Shown here: positions 1 to 13,465 of the stretch, piece by piece
How positions within the stretch are numbered: position 1 is the stretch's first letter
Layout: each line of letters starts with the position of its first letter
Assembly (NCBI GenBank): GCA_973895155.1
Contig: OZ316895.1
Location: 6,378,136 to 6,442,135 of the forward strand
Length of the DNA: 64,000 bases
Origin: Marsupella aquatica
Taxonomy: Eukaryota > Plantae > Marchantiophyta
Direction of reading: 5' to 3'
Position numbers and translations under genes: made by a program
The notes under the pieces: generated by a model
What the model was told of the DNA's origin: nothing
The model's input: only the letters and a program-made list of their open reading frames with translations
Database searches by the model: none

Positions 1-1374
1 TCCTCGAGGTCAGAAAATGTTGCAGATGTGTCCTTTGAGTACATGACTCTGTAAATGGGCTTGAATGCCCGCTTGAATGCAGACCAGCTCTCTAACCAAT
101 AGGTTACATACGGCAATCTGAATATTAAGCTCCTTCTTGGGTACTCGGGGGTTTCACTTCCACAAAAATGACATATCATGTGTGATGAAAGATAAGGTCA
201 TTTTATTGGTTGAAGGGAAAACTTAAGAATTTTCTCAGAAGAACAATAGGGTATTTTAAAATCCAATTTTGCAACTTATAAGAACATTAGCGTCCTTCTA
301 ACCAAAATTTTGGAATATTCCAAGAATATTTTAACTTTATAGAGATTGAAAAAAATTAAAATCTTACATTTTAGGGGGGTCCAAGGCCTAAAAAACGTCG
401 CAGGTGATGAGAGGCCTCCATATAGTGACACCCCCAAGCCGGGCCCAAGCTTGGGTATCGCTTATGGACGCGAGTCCATGACCTGGTGATCAACTTTCTT
501 GAGGTAGTCCTCAATGGATGCACTATCATGCATTTGGAGCTCGATAAGTCCAGACTTAAGATCTAGCTTGCGCTGGATCGCAATGGACTGGTACTTTTTC
601 AATCTTGAGAGTGTCCCATTGGAGCCTACTGATAATCAGAAATATAGAGGCAGTGGATGTCTTGGTAAGAATGATAATCACTCTTTCCTTGTCCCTCTAA
701 GCACTAGATTGAGCTGAGGTTACAGTAACTCCAGCGGCAGCTGTGCTGCTAGTGGCTTCCGAGGTGCTATTGCTGGCGATGGTGCATGGCAGATCCCAAG
801 CCAGGGGAAGTTGCTCCCCCTGTTCCTGTTGGCCACCCACTGGTGGACTGGGCAAGTGGATCGACAACATACCAAAGTCCTCTCTCCCTAACTATTTCCT
901 CAATGTGGAAGGCCCAGATAATGTAATTCAGGGCTCCAACTAACTTTTCAGTATCAGAGAAGGAAATCTTTGTAGCGTCACAGGGAGACATGGCGATATT
1001 CTAAAGAGTCTCAGAAATCTGGTAGCTCCGATACCATGAAGAATATTTCTAAACAACTGAATTATCTCTGGTAAGCAAGGAGTAATATACACAGTGAGAA
1101 GCAACCGTTGAGCGCCCCCTCAGATGTCATATAGGTATGATAGGTGCAAGTAGAGGGGGAGCGCCAAAGTTAATTTTGTCCTAAAGTGAATGAATGGACA
1201 ACTGTTAATCGGTGGTCGAACTACTTAAACTAAATGCCTAACTGCAATGCTAATTAATTACATGGAGCAACGGCGAATAGGTGGGGTGGTAGTTAGCGTG
1301 ATGAATGGGAGAACCTGATGAATGGGAGGGACCCGAGGACACTATAAGTATGTATTAGTCCTGAACTTTCATCA
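1..1374 (-). mobile_element. Truncated, degenerate Ty1/copia 5' part: LTR (about 1037-1374), tRNA-iMet PBS and gag remnant, running off the window start
   Basis: The minus strand reads TGGTATCGGAGC (1025-1036) next to a TGA...TCA-bounded segment. Gag-like peptides: EKLVGALNYIIWAFHIEEIVRERGLWYVV (767-991) and KKYQSIAIQRKLDLKSGLIELQMHDSASIEDYLKK (about 490-600). It is interrupted by a MITE at 144-438. Confidence 0.7.
144..438 (+). mobile_element. MITE family A, copy 1 (about 295 bp)
   Basis: TIRs CTCGGGGGTTTCACT / AGTGACACCCCCAAG; body aligns with the copies at 35821 and 37429. CTTGGGTA occurs at 136-143 and again at 450-457, i.e. an 8-bp TSD with 11 extra nt on the right. Confidence 0.8.
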
Positions 1375-1829
1375 TTAACAGCATCCCAGAAATGAGCCTC
1401 AAGATCACACTAACACAGCCACAATCATGTTTCAAAAGACCATTTGATATGTAGTAACAACATCCGAGCATTGAGCCTCAAGATCATACACAACTACGAA
1501 CGTTATGATAAGACAGAATCAGGCCTCGCAACAGAGGCAAAAGTATCATCATTATCAGTTCCAGGCCTATGTGTTTCACCCTGGATAACAAAGCGAGCCT
1601 TATATTGAGACCCATTACAATCTTTAATGTCGACTCGCCGTGAAGGAAGAAGCAGAACACGCTAAGGACGAGGTATGAACCAAGCCAGATTGAGTATTCG
1701 AAGTTGTCGTAACTCAAGCTAGCCTGCGGCCTTCTAATGAGCTGCATCTATACGATTCATGGTGGCCTGATCTGTTGTAAGAAGATTTGCTAAATGAACT
1801 ACGATAGACTGTTGTGCAAAATATATGTA

Positions 1830-2477
1830 CAATCGGCCTCATTCACAATTGGAGGACCCAAAAGAAACGTCACACTCAAAAGTGACCATAGTTTATTATG
1901 CTTTAGGATATCATTTTTAGGGTGTAATGAGATGATATAGAAAATTTGATGTACTATACTTAATAAACATCCTATAGGTTGGTAACATTCATTAAACTAT
2001 CTAGCATTTGAGACTTTGAAGCTTTCCTTATATGTCCTTCAAAGATTGATAAAAGGACTTGTCACGCAACAGGTCACATCATTTCAGGACTCAAAAGGAC
2101 TCTAAAAAATGCATTTTAGATAATGAAATTTTACCAAAGCATGCATACTAATAGCATAATCTTATATTTCAAAACTTAAATAGTGACACACACTAAACCT
2201 TTATATACAGGACAAAAAGAATTAGTAATTTTGGCTTATTTAGGGCCATCAATAATAGGATCCCGTAAAACAGTTGAAACTTTGATGTATCTACACGATG
2301 AGGTAGGTTACACCATGAAAAATAGTCTTGTGAAAAAATTAGACTTAAATGTCTTGAGATAAAATCACGATGAACCTTTTTTCATTTTACGAAAGTCATT
2401 TTTCACTAAAAAAACATGTTTTTGAGTCCTGAAAGTGGTTCCTGCAAGGTACACCCAATTGTGAATGAGGCCAATCA
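1830..2477. mobile_element. MITE-like non-autonomous DNA transposon (about 645 bp)
   Basis: Inverted repeats GGCCTCATTCACAATTGG (1835-1852) and CCAATTGTGAATGAGGCC (2455-2472) around an AT-rich non-coding interior. TSD not clear. Confidence 0.6.
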
Positions 2478-5400
2478 TCAAAGTCGAAGGAGTCTGAGCC
2501 AGAATGAGTTGAAAAAGGCCAGGGTGGGGATACACATGGTCAATCAAACAGGAGGCACACTGTTGTAAAATCTGTCAGAATGGTGCCAAGGCGAGTTTAC
2601 AGTTGAAGTTGTAGGAAAAAGAACGGTGAATCAAACCTGATGAAGGAGCTCCTGAGCTACCAGGTTCTCATTGCAGGGCAAACCCAAAGGCTAGGTGGAA
2701 CAAAAGGCAGAATGATCGATCGAGAACAACTGAAAGTTCAGGTGATTAGATGAAGCAGCTGGGTCCGATCCCAGCAGATGGTGTGAATCCAGATGCTGCA
2801 AACGGTGTTCCATTGTTTAGATTTAGGGGTTGGATTTAAGAAAGCCGAAGATGAACTTGACTTGTCACTAATTATTGCAATATTGGTGCTGGTCATTTCT
2901 CATAATTAATTCTGTAGTTATGCTGATGTTCTCAGATCTGAAACTCAACAACGTACTACGTTAGTTCTCGAGTAGTTTTGTTATACTCAACTCCGCCTGT
3001 ACTGCCTAATGTTATTTTCGTATTTTCCCCCCAAAAAGATTGATTTCTCCAACGCTCTTATGCCCCCTGCATATCGTCATGAAGTCTCCCACAACATGGG
3101 ATGGATCGTCAATGGCTATCGAACGATTTTGCTTCATTTTTCCGGAAGTCCAGGATGATCTTCATTATCCGTCAAATATGAGATTGTGATTACTCAGAAG
3201 CTCAATGAAAGAATGCTGTTCGTGCCCACCATCAAAAGAAATTAATGATATTGCTTAATCAAAAGAAATTAATGATATTAATGATATTGCAACGAAGGCT
3301 CAGTACATAATTTTGTATTGTGGACACCATCCATGAGGCTTATTTCAACTCCCGTTTCAAATGCCTGGCTGGTACGTATATCTTACTCGTGCCAGCTTGG
3401 ATGCGGCAACGAAAAGTAGAAGGCGCATGTCCAAAACATTGCCATCCTGTAAAGAGTCAGTGCCGTTATGGCGGGCTGACATGCAGTGGCTATGCCAAGG
3501 GGAGGACTGAACAGCAATTTCAGTATATAAGTCGTTGGTTCTGGGAACAAGTCGACAATGAAGTTCATAGAGAACACGAAGTATTCAAGATATTGTCAAA
3601 GCACTATATAACTTAGGAGTAAGGGCCTACCAGAGCAGTACGTAGAAGTAATAGCCTGAGAGTTAAGAAATGAAAGCAATGGCAGAGCTGCTGAATTAAT
3701 TCAATATGAAGTACTAATGAAAAACCAGTCAGGTTCTAATTGGGCAAACTCAGTTATGAGTCGCAATTTAGCCTAGTAATTGCTAGCTCGGTCATTTTAG
3801 TAGCTTAGTAGCTTAGCTGCAATCTCTAATACATGAAAATAAACCGACTTGTGTTTAAAGAGCAGTTGAACACTTCAGTACACAATGCCATCAGTTCATC
3901 TATGCATCCCATAGCACTAGCTATCTAATCTAATCAGAATATAGAGCGAGGGCGGGCTTGGATGAGTTTGCTGTGCCGGGCTCAGCAGCGACCAACTTAC
4001 AATTCTCGCCAGTTGAGGATTCTCACAAGATCAAGAAAAGTGAGAAAGAAGGGACGGAACATCCCAACCCAACTAAGGATTCTCACAAGAGTAAGGACAT
4101 TGCCTTCATTGGTTCATATTTTGCCCACGCTACATTTGTAGATACTCCCGTGACCTCACTCTTCAAAGGTTTACGGGACTTAATTACGGACAGGTCTTCG
4201 AGCACTAGCTCTTCCTATGCCCTGCGTACTTTGTGGACCTGCCTTTAAATTGGTGGCTCTGACCGAGAGGCTCACACCTGCCATCTTCTGGCCTGCATCT
4301 CGTATTTGCTGGCTTCAATGATGTCTCGATGAAGTTTTTTATTAACAAGCAACTACGTACAATTTATAAGCTTTTATAAAGTTGCTAAAATTTATGGTAT
4401 AGAAATCAGGTTCAACTATTTCTCGGCTTCAGGGAAGAAATGAACTCAGGTCTAATTAAGCTCAAACAAAAAGCAGCTGTTTTCATTCATAAATATTTTA
4501 GAAAATCTGAAGTGCATAGCCCAAAAACCTTACAAGCTGGACAATCAGGGTGGCCATAGCTACTGACACAGAACTGGTTCTCTTACCTCGAATTTTATAG
4601 ATATCTTGATGTCCACAAAAAAAAACGATAAGTTTTGCTTCAATCAATTCGATGAACGCAATGTACTCGCAGATTTGGGAATTAATAAGATCAAGCCCAC
4701 TCTATTCGAAGCGCTACGAACATCAGCTAAGAGAAGTGGAGGCTTTCGCTGCCCCAACTTTTAGACCAGTCTGTTGCCTAGCCTAAATTATTGTCGAGGA
4801 TTTCCCTCCCCCATCTCGCCCCTCTCCCAAATGGAGACCCAGCCACCACCTACAATTTCCAACTTTGGGACAATATGCTGACAATCATCAAGGGCAAGTC
4901 AGGGCCAAGACTTAATTACAATGAGCCAAATCTATGCTAAACACCCACCCGGGCACTCACGAGTCACGACACCAACCACCAGAAGTTGTCCTCAAATTGC
5001 CAATCAATCGAAGTAATGAATAGATTCTCGACATTCAATCATCTAGGCCTACCAACTCTTCACACCCACCAATTGTATGCTGCACACTTTCTGTCGGGCT
5101 GATGTATGGTTTTGCCTTAGGGTTAGAACTACAGAGCTGTAGAGATAATGGTCTTTCCGTCAATGCAGAAACAACCAATAACTATGAATGGTTTTTGCAC
5201 CGGCTTCATTTGAGATTCTTGATAACATTACATACAATTCCTTTCCTGATAGGATAAGTTTGTTACATAGAAATGAAGGAATTTCCATTTCTTATCTTTA
5301 AACAACATATATTGATATTATATGGAACCGAAATAGTAAAACATAATCATTTCTATCTCGTTTGCACCCGTACCTACTTACTTCCTTTCAGCGTGGTCGG

Positions 5401-7860
5401 AACTCCAATTCTGCTGCATCGGGACTCGTGTGTCTCGTGCGTTCCCACACTAACCTTTTTATCTTCTCACCTTTCCAGAACAAAAAGTGAGGGTATCCCA
5501 CCACAAAAGCAGATTAGTCGTAAAATGTTATCCACTTGCAATATACAGGAACACGGTCTCCATTGCAAATTTGCTGCTGCAAGTTTCCAGAGCTTCAGGA
5601 CAGTCGTAGTATATGTCTCGTGTTGCTTCGCGGTTGCCTTTTCTCCTTCTCCCACATCTTCGTGTCCATCTTTTTGTTCGTCACCTTTCTGTTCCCTTGA
5701 AAATTCCGTTCAATTACATTGAAAGAACGTGTTCTTCTTCTTGTCGAGCAAGGCTTGAGCTAGCTTCATTTGAGCTGCATTTTGAGACATCTGCATCTCG
5801 TGTGCCGTCTTCCTCGTGGTGGGCCGTTGTCCAACCGTGCCTGCTCCTCCTCCAACCAACCTCTGTGGGTCGTTGTGGCCGGTGATTGTAAGAAGGAGCT
5901 CTTGGACGGCAGAATCGCTGAGTTTGGAGGTGTGGCCGGGATTCTGGCTTGAGTTTCTCGTTCTGGCAGTAAACTTTCTGATCACAGTCTCAGAAGCAGA
6001 AGAGGGACCCGCAGTGTGGGTTCGCTTCTGTCTTATCAATTCTTCGTAAGACTCAGTGGATGGTGCTTCCTAAAACTCTTTGCGCAGCGTGCACCAGATT
6101 GCGCAGGTCTTCTGCCTTAGTTGGTTCCAATTGATATCGAATCGAGCGTCGGACGTTATTGGTCGTGCGGAGCTCTTGACCGTGCTTCAGTCGGACACTT
6201 TCAACGGAACCTGCCTGCCAATAAATTTTGGACCGACAACGATGGAGGCGCTCACATTTCTGGGATCTATTTTCATCGCCGTTTCGATAGCTGTGTTTTG
6301 CTACTCCCTGGGATTGTGCTGGGACATGATCACTCCCTCTCCAGAACTGCCATCGGCGCATGTGCCCTTGCTCCGATAGCAGATTCATGCTTGTCTATGG
6401 TGCAATATGGTGCAACAGTCAAGAAAGTGGTGAACTGTTTTATACAATTGAGGAGACTCACGTTGTTCATTGCTTACAACGGGATCCGCATCGATGTCAT
6501 TCGTTCTACCTGACGAGAGATTGTGACTGTTAATCTGGGCTTCTCAGGTGCCATGAAACCAGAGATACGCTTGACAAGGTGAGTCTTCAGGTTTTGGCTT
6601 GAAAGCTATGTTTTCAGATGCTTATTAATGTTTTTCGTCTTGACAACAAAGAGGTCAACGGTTGGGTTTCAACAACACAGCCATTTTTGTCTTCTGCGCG
6701 CGTGCTTGCACTTTTCAAAGTAGGCAGTTGAGTTGGATATCATTTGTTCACACTCAACTTATGGTCATGAGATCATGAGTGGAATCTGTTAGATGAACAC
6801 TATTACACACAACACATATTGGCGAATCAACAACCATGCCTTTCCGTAGGATAGAAAATTCTCATCATACGAAAAGGGTTGATGACTTGAGGATCTGAAC
6901 AATTATATAATTAACCATCCACATTTCTATTTGAATTGATGATATTGACTCCCAGTCGACAGAGGTATCTTCTGGCTCAAATTGCATAATCGTTTTTGAG
7001 TCTAAGACAAAACTGTGAGGAAATCCAAGACTAATTCAACAAACCAATGTGAAAACGATGTGCAATCGTTTGCGTCGCACCTCGTTTGCGTGGAGCGAAA
7101 CAGCTAAATATCGCATACTCAGAACAGTCCTTGGTGGTCGAGCAAATGAAACTGTTGGAGTTACCACATTAAAGTTTCTTCTTAGTACATACCAGTTTTT
7201 AACTTTATCAATCACCAGAATCGTATGGAGATCTCAGATCCATGAGAGTTGTCGTTTATCATACCATGTCTGAAGTATAATTATGTCACTTGGAAGTAAC
7301 CCTTACCAGATTTTACTAGGTAGTGTACAGAGGACCTTGGGCAATAGGGAGAAGGAGAACACACCAGACCTTTCCATCGAGGGAAGTGTTTAAATTCTAA
7401 CATCATTCACAACTGTTGAAGTTGAATTTGTGAATCTTAAGACCTTACCAATCAGATGTCTGCAAAAGAAGTGCGCCAGTATTCATATCGTGTGCGGAAG
7501 TAAACTTGGTCACGTGCTCCGAATGTATCCAACTTCTGTAAATCTCTGCCTAATAGTCAAAACAGTAGTGTCTCCAAGGGGTACGCAAGTGGGTCAGTGG
7601 CCTGGTAGAGTTTACAAGCTCAACATTAGGCACAGTAATGTTCGAAAACCAGCACGATACAAAAGGGTCTACAGCCTTCCTGAGTAGCACAGGATGTCAG
7701 TCCCTCCTACATTTCTATGAGAAGAATCTAAAATTCGTAATGATGCCATCACATAGCGCAATGGCCCTAGAATACAGCTAATGATTATGAATGTCAAGTT
7801 AAAGTAGTTCTCTTGAAATATGTGGGGTTCATAGCCCCAAATAATATGTACAGTGAACTG

Positions 7861-8095
7861 TTTCTTTGGAGAACCTCAATCAGTGGTCACCCAATTAAAA
7901 TTCCGCAATTCGCTCACCTAGCCATACCAGCAATCTGGCAGTGTACAGGAGGTATGAAGCATGTGGCATAGCCCTATATGATATGTGCAGTTAACTAGGG
8001 TTTCTTTGCGAATCTCAATCAACAGACACGAAAACAATTCCGCAACTGGCTCTACCTAAGTCATACCAGCAGCCTGGCAGTACGTGTAGGAGGTA
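7861..8095. repeat. Imperfect tandem duplication, about 140-bp period
   Basis: TTTCTTTG...CTCAATCA...AATTCCGCAA...CATACCAGCA.CTGGCAGT...AGGAGGTA occurs twice. Confidence 0.7.
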
Positions 8096-8428
8096 CCTTT
8101 CAAAATGGTAGACATCTGGAAGTAACTTGAATAGAGGAAATTGGATACCCCTTTTAAAATCACAAAAAATCTACTGAAAACCAGAATTCAATCCATCATT
8201 TGAATTCGAAGGGTCAGGGTGGTAAATTTTGAAACCGTTGCACCTCCGTGAGGCTATGGTAGCGACCATCAGTGGCCAACAGAAGAAATGCAGTGGACGC
8301 TTTCAAATTGCCGGTGAATTTAAAGGGTTGGCACGGTCAGCTATGGAGTCCTCGCAATATTCTCAAAAAAAATGAAAGCTGTAGTACTCCTCCGTGGATC
8401 TCAACAGCCACATGACCAGTCAGTTCAC

Positions 8429-8956
8429 TCATAAGTCAGACACGTAATCATCGTCGCTCACCTCCTCATCACTGCTCGACTCCGGGCTGTTCGGCTCAAC
8501 ATGGTCAGCTTGAGCAGGAGCAGGAGCATGTACTGCACAGTGCTCTTCCAGTATCTTTGCATAATTCCCAGAGTCTTTCATCATCAGTGCAGCAGCCTCT
8601 GAATTCAGAGGGTGTGACGGATTGGGGTACAGCAGAAGCTGAGGAAGAAACACTTCAAAAACATTCAGTAGATCAAACATCGGACTCCAAGTCTGGCGCA
8701 GGACATCGAGACAAATAGTACCAGAGGTTTCACTAATGTTCGGATGAAATATCCGATTCAAAAAACGGATTGAGGGAGGCTGGAACGGATATTCATCCGG
8801 CAGCCTCACGCGTAATTTCCATGTCCCCTCTTGATAAGGACTGTCTCGTGGGCCATGAAATTCCACCCGAATCTCCTCCAGCCCATCGTTCACTGTCTCG
8901 ACTTTGAAGTCACTCATCATCAACTTCATCACATCCATCTCCCGCCTCTTGCACAT
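8429..8956 (-). CDS. Ubiquitin-conjugating enzyme E2, plant UBC4/5/6 (UBE2H/Ubc8) class, intronless
   Basis: 175-aa ORF with [18 protein letters not shown], the HPN motif and catalytic Cys ([16 protein letters not shown]), [29 protein letters not shown], and an acidic Ser-rich tail. Confidence 0.95.
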   Translation of the reverse strand: MCKRREMDVMKLMMSDFKVETVNDGLEEIRVEFHGPRDSPYQEGTWKLRVRLPDEYPFQPPSIRFLNRIFHPNISETSGTICLDVLRQTWSPMFDLLNVFEVFLPQLLLYPNPSHPLNSEAAALMMKDSGNYAKILEEHCAVHAPAPAQADHVEPNSPESSSDEEVSDDDYVSDL

Positions 8957-9611
8957 TTTTCCCTACTCAAAATACTAAGCTCAAGTATTCCAAACCAACC
9001 CTCCAATGGCAGTCGGTAATTAGTCAATAAGTAGTCGCAATCAGCCAGGAACCTCTCGGCAATCTCCAGAACCTTCAACTTCACGACCTAACCGATTTCC
9101 CAGGAGTGCAAATCTCTCTCTCTCAATCTTTCAAAAACGGATCTGCTCGAGCAGGCAATCCGACGAATGCCCACCTCAACAGCAAGCAGCACAACGATTG
9201 GCACCAACAACAGCAACAACACGAACAGCGAGCATTCCCCTGACCCACCGATAAATCGATTGCAGCCAGCCAGTCACGCTGCTCCCACCTCTCTCTACCA
9301 CCGAGCCGCACCACGTCAGGCCACGAGAGCAGGCTTCGTCCTCCTCTGCGAGAGCAGTCGTTGAGTAGTAACCGTAGGAGTACAAGTAGTGGTACTGCAG
9401 TGGTAGCACACAAGGGACCAAATGGAAACAACAAGAGCTCTAGTACGCAGATCCCGCAGCAGGAGCGATTCGCGCACTCTATTCATAATTCTTCTACTCT
9501 CTAGTCCTCGACGAAATCCTTGACAAACTTCAGCAGCAAGCATAGGGTGGGGGACGGTCTTCGGTCCTGCCAGAAGGAAGGAGTGAGTGATAAGCAAGCA
9601 AGCGAGCCACG

Positions 9612-10092
9612 ATCGACGGAGGGGAAGGGAAGGGACGGGCAGCAGCGCCGAAGAGTCCTCGAAGTCTCGAAAACGAATCAAATTGGGGTGAAAAACCCAA
9701 TTTGTGATAACTACAGTAGAAAGGAGAGCGATCAATCAGCAGCAGAGCATCACCGCACGGAATTGCTGTAGTTATCTGCCAATTTCAGTTGGTAACGCCC
9801 AATCGTCCCCTGAAGCCCCGGATCGAGGAAGGTCGGAGGCGACAGAGGCGAGGGGCAGCAGAAGAGTCCTCGAAGGTCTCGAAAACGAATCATATTGGAC
9901 AACGAACTAATCATGATGGCGAGAAAGAGAGGCCGAAGTAGATTGTCACTGTAGTTATTATTTTGCCACTTTGATCATGAGTTGCCCATGCCCGATCTGA
10001 TCTGCCCCAAAAGCCAGGGATCGATGAAGGTCGGAGGCGACGCAGGGATGGGCGGCAGAAGAGTCCTCGAAGTCTCGAAAACGGATCAAAAT
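9612..10092. repeat. Three imperfect direct repeats, about 200-bp period, upstream of the E2 gene
   Basis: The core GAAGAGTCCTCGAA(G)GTCTCGAAAAC(G/A)GAATCA-type motif at about 9650, 9861 and 10058; copies 2 and 3 share GGATCGA.GAAGGTCGGAGGCGAC. Confidence 0.8.
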
Positions 10093-10189
10093 CAGTCAAC
10101 ATACAAATTGTGATGACGAGAATATGAGCCAGATACAGTAGTACAGTAGTGTTATCGCAGTTCACGGACAACAATGCGAAATATTATTT

Positions 10190-11700
10190 TATATGCCAGG
10201 AAATAAGGAAACTGAAGCCCAATGATCTAAGGGCCTTCTTGCATGTAGTCCTGCGCGAACAACTATGCTAAATATTATATTATATCTTAGGACATAAGGA
10301 AAAAGCACAATTGGATCTAAGGGCCTTCTTGCATGTAGTCCATCCTGAAAAGAACAGCCCCTTACACAGCTGGTGGTGGCAGCCCCTTGCTGAGCGAGAC
10401 TTTCCTTTGAGTGAGGCAAATCCCTACAGCACTAATCTAGGAATTCTAAGGGCAAGGCATGAAAAGTTTTCCGGCGCTTCCCGTCCCTACCTTTGATATA
10501 TGAATAAGATAACATATAATGGCCAGTTGCACAACTGGTTGCAGCCCCTAACTGAGCCAAACTTTCCCCTGAGTGAGGCAGTCCTGACGGCACTAATCTA
10601 GGATCTCTATAGGCAATGAAAAGTTTCCAGCCCTTCACCGTCCCTACCTTTGATATATGAATAAGATAACATATTGCCATGTAGAATGACAGAAAGGAAA
10701 CAACAACCAAGGATACACAGGTAAGTGGGCAGGGCACATGCCCTGACATAGCAGATTATGTGAGGATTTGAGATGACCTTTTTGCTGACAATTCAGGAAT
10801 CGCAAGGGCCACATTTTTAAGACAATGGCACACACAAGACAGCCCTAAGACATTGGTCATACACATACTCACACGACTCCAGTTGAGGGCATGTGCAAGG
10901 TCCTTCAAAGTGCGACCCTCAACTGGAGTCGTGTGAGTATGTGTATGACCAAAACTTTCTGGCGGCACCCCCTCATGCACCAGGCCTGGTGGTAGAGATT
11001 TTGGGGTCCCAAGGGCAAGGGCAAGAAACTTTCCCAACCTCCAACTTTTGAATAAAACAAAACTCAGACCTGCTTATTTGTAGATCATTGGGAGATATTT
11101 TGGTGCAAAAGGAGCACAGGCTGCCATGCGTGGTGCCCAATGTTGCACTTGATAAGAACCGAGATCTCCGTTTTGCCTAGGATTTTTCTGGGGCTAAGGG
11201 CCACATCTCTGAGGACCCGCACATGCAAGTTTGGCCTACGGCCAACCTCACATATATGTAAGTGGCCCTTCACAATGTGGCCCTCAACCTGACGCATGTC
11301 ACCATATCAGCTAGAGAAACCGGCCTGAACCCCCTCATGTGCCAGGCCTGACCGCATGAATTTTGCATTTCCAAAGGCAAGGAATGTCCCCACCTCAAAG
11401 TGCAGAATAAAATAGTAGCACAAATGCAAGTTTGCTCAAGTGCCAAGTATAATCTTTAGTTGCAAACGAGGAGCAATACACACTTAAGGCCCAACTCGCA
11501 TGTTCCTGGCCCTTTCCAGTGTGGCCCTAGTGTCTCACATGCCAGCATATCATTGAATGAGACATACCCAGGTGAACCTCTTGATGCGCCAGGCATGATG
11601 GCATATCCATGATGCATTTCCAAATGCAAGGGCCAGAAGCTTTCCCAGCCCTTGCAGGTCCCAACCTTTGCCTTGTGAAAAGAATTCAAAAACAATTGTA
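10190..11700. repeat. Block of diverged 100-300-bp repeats, probably a transposon-derived subterminal region
   Basis: ATCTAAGGGCCTTCTTGCATGTAGTCC x2; a roughly 160-bp unit ending CCGTCCCTACCTTTGATATATGAATAAGATAACATAT x2; ACCCCCTCATG..CCAGGCCTG-type units at about 10967, 11329 and 11577. Confidence 0.65.
10853..10952. repeat. Perfect 37-bp inverted repeat with a 26-nt loop
   Basis: TTGGTCATACACATACTCACACGACTCCAGTTGAGGG (10853-10889) is the exact reverse complement of 10916-10952. Confidence 0.95.
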
Positions 11701-13465
11701 CAGTTATTGTAAAAAAAGTAGGGAACCCGCTTTGTGTCAGACTATGTTATCGAGAAAGCGCTATTTTTTTCCGAAAGCTAGTATTGGAAGTGCAAAGGGT
11801 TGCATGCTAGATGGTTCTCACATGCAGGTTGGCCCATAGCATTTACACAGATTTGTTGGACAAGTGCAATCTTGTTTTTTCCGGCATCTTTGAGAGTGAT
11901 AAGGGCTAGAAATTTAAGGGCCAATGACATGCATGCATGTTGGCTCTAATTAAGGGTCATCTTGCATCTCAAAGAAACCCGGCCTTCGGGAGAAAGATTT
12001 CTATTCTCCACAGAATCTGTCATTTTGCATTTTGCTAAGTGTGAACTTTGGTACCCTTCACTTGTTTTTATTCAACTTTCAAGGTTTGAGACCTCACGTC
12101 CTGTTTCTAGCCCTTGCCCATGGTCATCCACCACATATGAAGTGAGGCCTGCCTAAGGAGGAGGCTGAGGCATACAAATATAAGTGAATGTTGGAATGCC
12201 ACCAGTTCAGTTGAGGGCCTGAAACTCAAGGACTGTGCACATGCTAGACAGCCTTAGGCATTGGACAGAATTCCAGGGACCAGCACATTTAACCCAAGTG
12301 AATTCCAAAAATTTAAATTTTAAAGTTCTTAAGAAGGGAAAGGCGCAAGGACCATCAATTGCCAAGCAAGTCAGTGACTAATACCACCCAAGCAAAAGGA
12401 AACAGACAGGACATTGTGCAAGCTAAACTGAGATAGCAATTCTGTTTCTTTTCTTATCAACAGTAACCTGGTCCATCTAGAATGCAAGGTTAATGGGAGT
12501 GGTCCATCTAAGCATTACATTAGGAGTTGAGGGAACACCAATATAGCATTATCCTGTTTTCAGTTTTTAAATCTTAGAAATAATGAGTACACTGTAAATC
12601 ACTGCTTATATCAAGATGCTTGGAATATTTGCAATATTTATTGCATACAAAAATTTTCAGGCACACTAGAATATTTTACTTTCAAGTCCAAAAATTTAAT
12701 AAATATTTATTATTGGTCAAACCAGGGTGGCACTATGGCAGAGCAAGCGGCAGAGCATCAAGGCAAGGGTGGTAGGACAGGATTACTGTATCATTTGCTA
12801 ATTTCAGTTGCTGGTGTGCTCCTAATCTTCCCCTAAAGCACGGACCAACACAAAGACTGGCTAAGGTGACTTGGATGGACAATGTAACATTGTGTAAAGG
12901 GAAAAGAAAGGTAGGGAGAATATTAAGGAAGAACTTTGTAGGATTCATATCTCCTTAATATGGACTAACTATATAGTTGCGTTCTTAGTGGAAGGCTCTT
13001 AGAAATTTCTTTCAGATAACATCTTGAGGGTGTTCTAGAAAATCATAAAGTGTTTAAAAGAAGTGGAAGCTCAGCGAGACCGTGAGGTTGTCCATTGCAA
13101 CTCCTATGGATGGAGCATTGTTTTAAACCGAACACGTGGTCTGAAACAGAAATGAACCTTGTGATCTCGGAATTAGTAGACAGGACTTTACCCTGGGATT
13201 GCTTTTCTGTCAGGTCAAGTCTGGTTTTTTTATTGCCTTGCCCTGGTAGGAGTTCAACACAGCCAAGCACACAGGCTGCTTATCAAGCACCTAGTAAATA
13301 TCAGCCCACAATGCAGCAATCAGGCATGACATACTTTAAAGACTGAGCTCATCTGGTTAAACAAGTCAAATGATCTGTCAAAGTGAACAAACATGATCCC
13401 CTACCTCATAAGTGTGATTTTTACTTGACATAGAATGCACTAAACAGTAGGACTGGTGTAAGTCA

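Noticed and set aside
2480-3620. Possible pseudogene fragments
   Set aside because: Manual translation in several frames gave no recognisable motif.
5816-6379. One long membrane protein from two same-frame ORFs
   Set aside because: Interrupted by TAA at 6047-6049, has a non-ATG start and no recognisable family.
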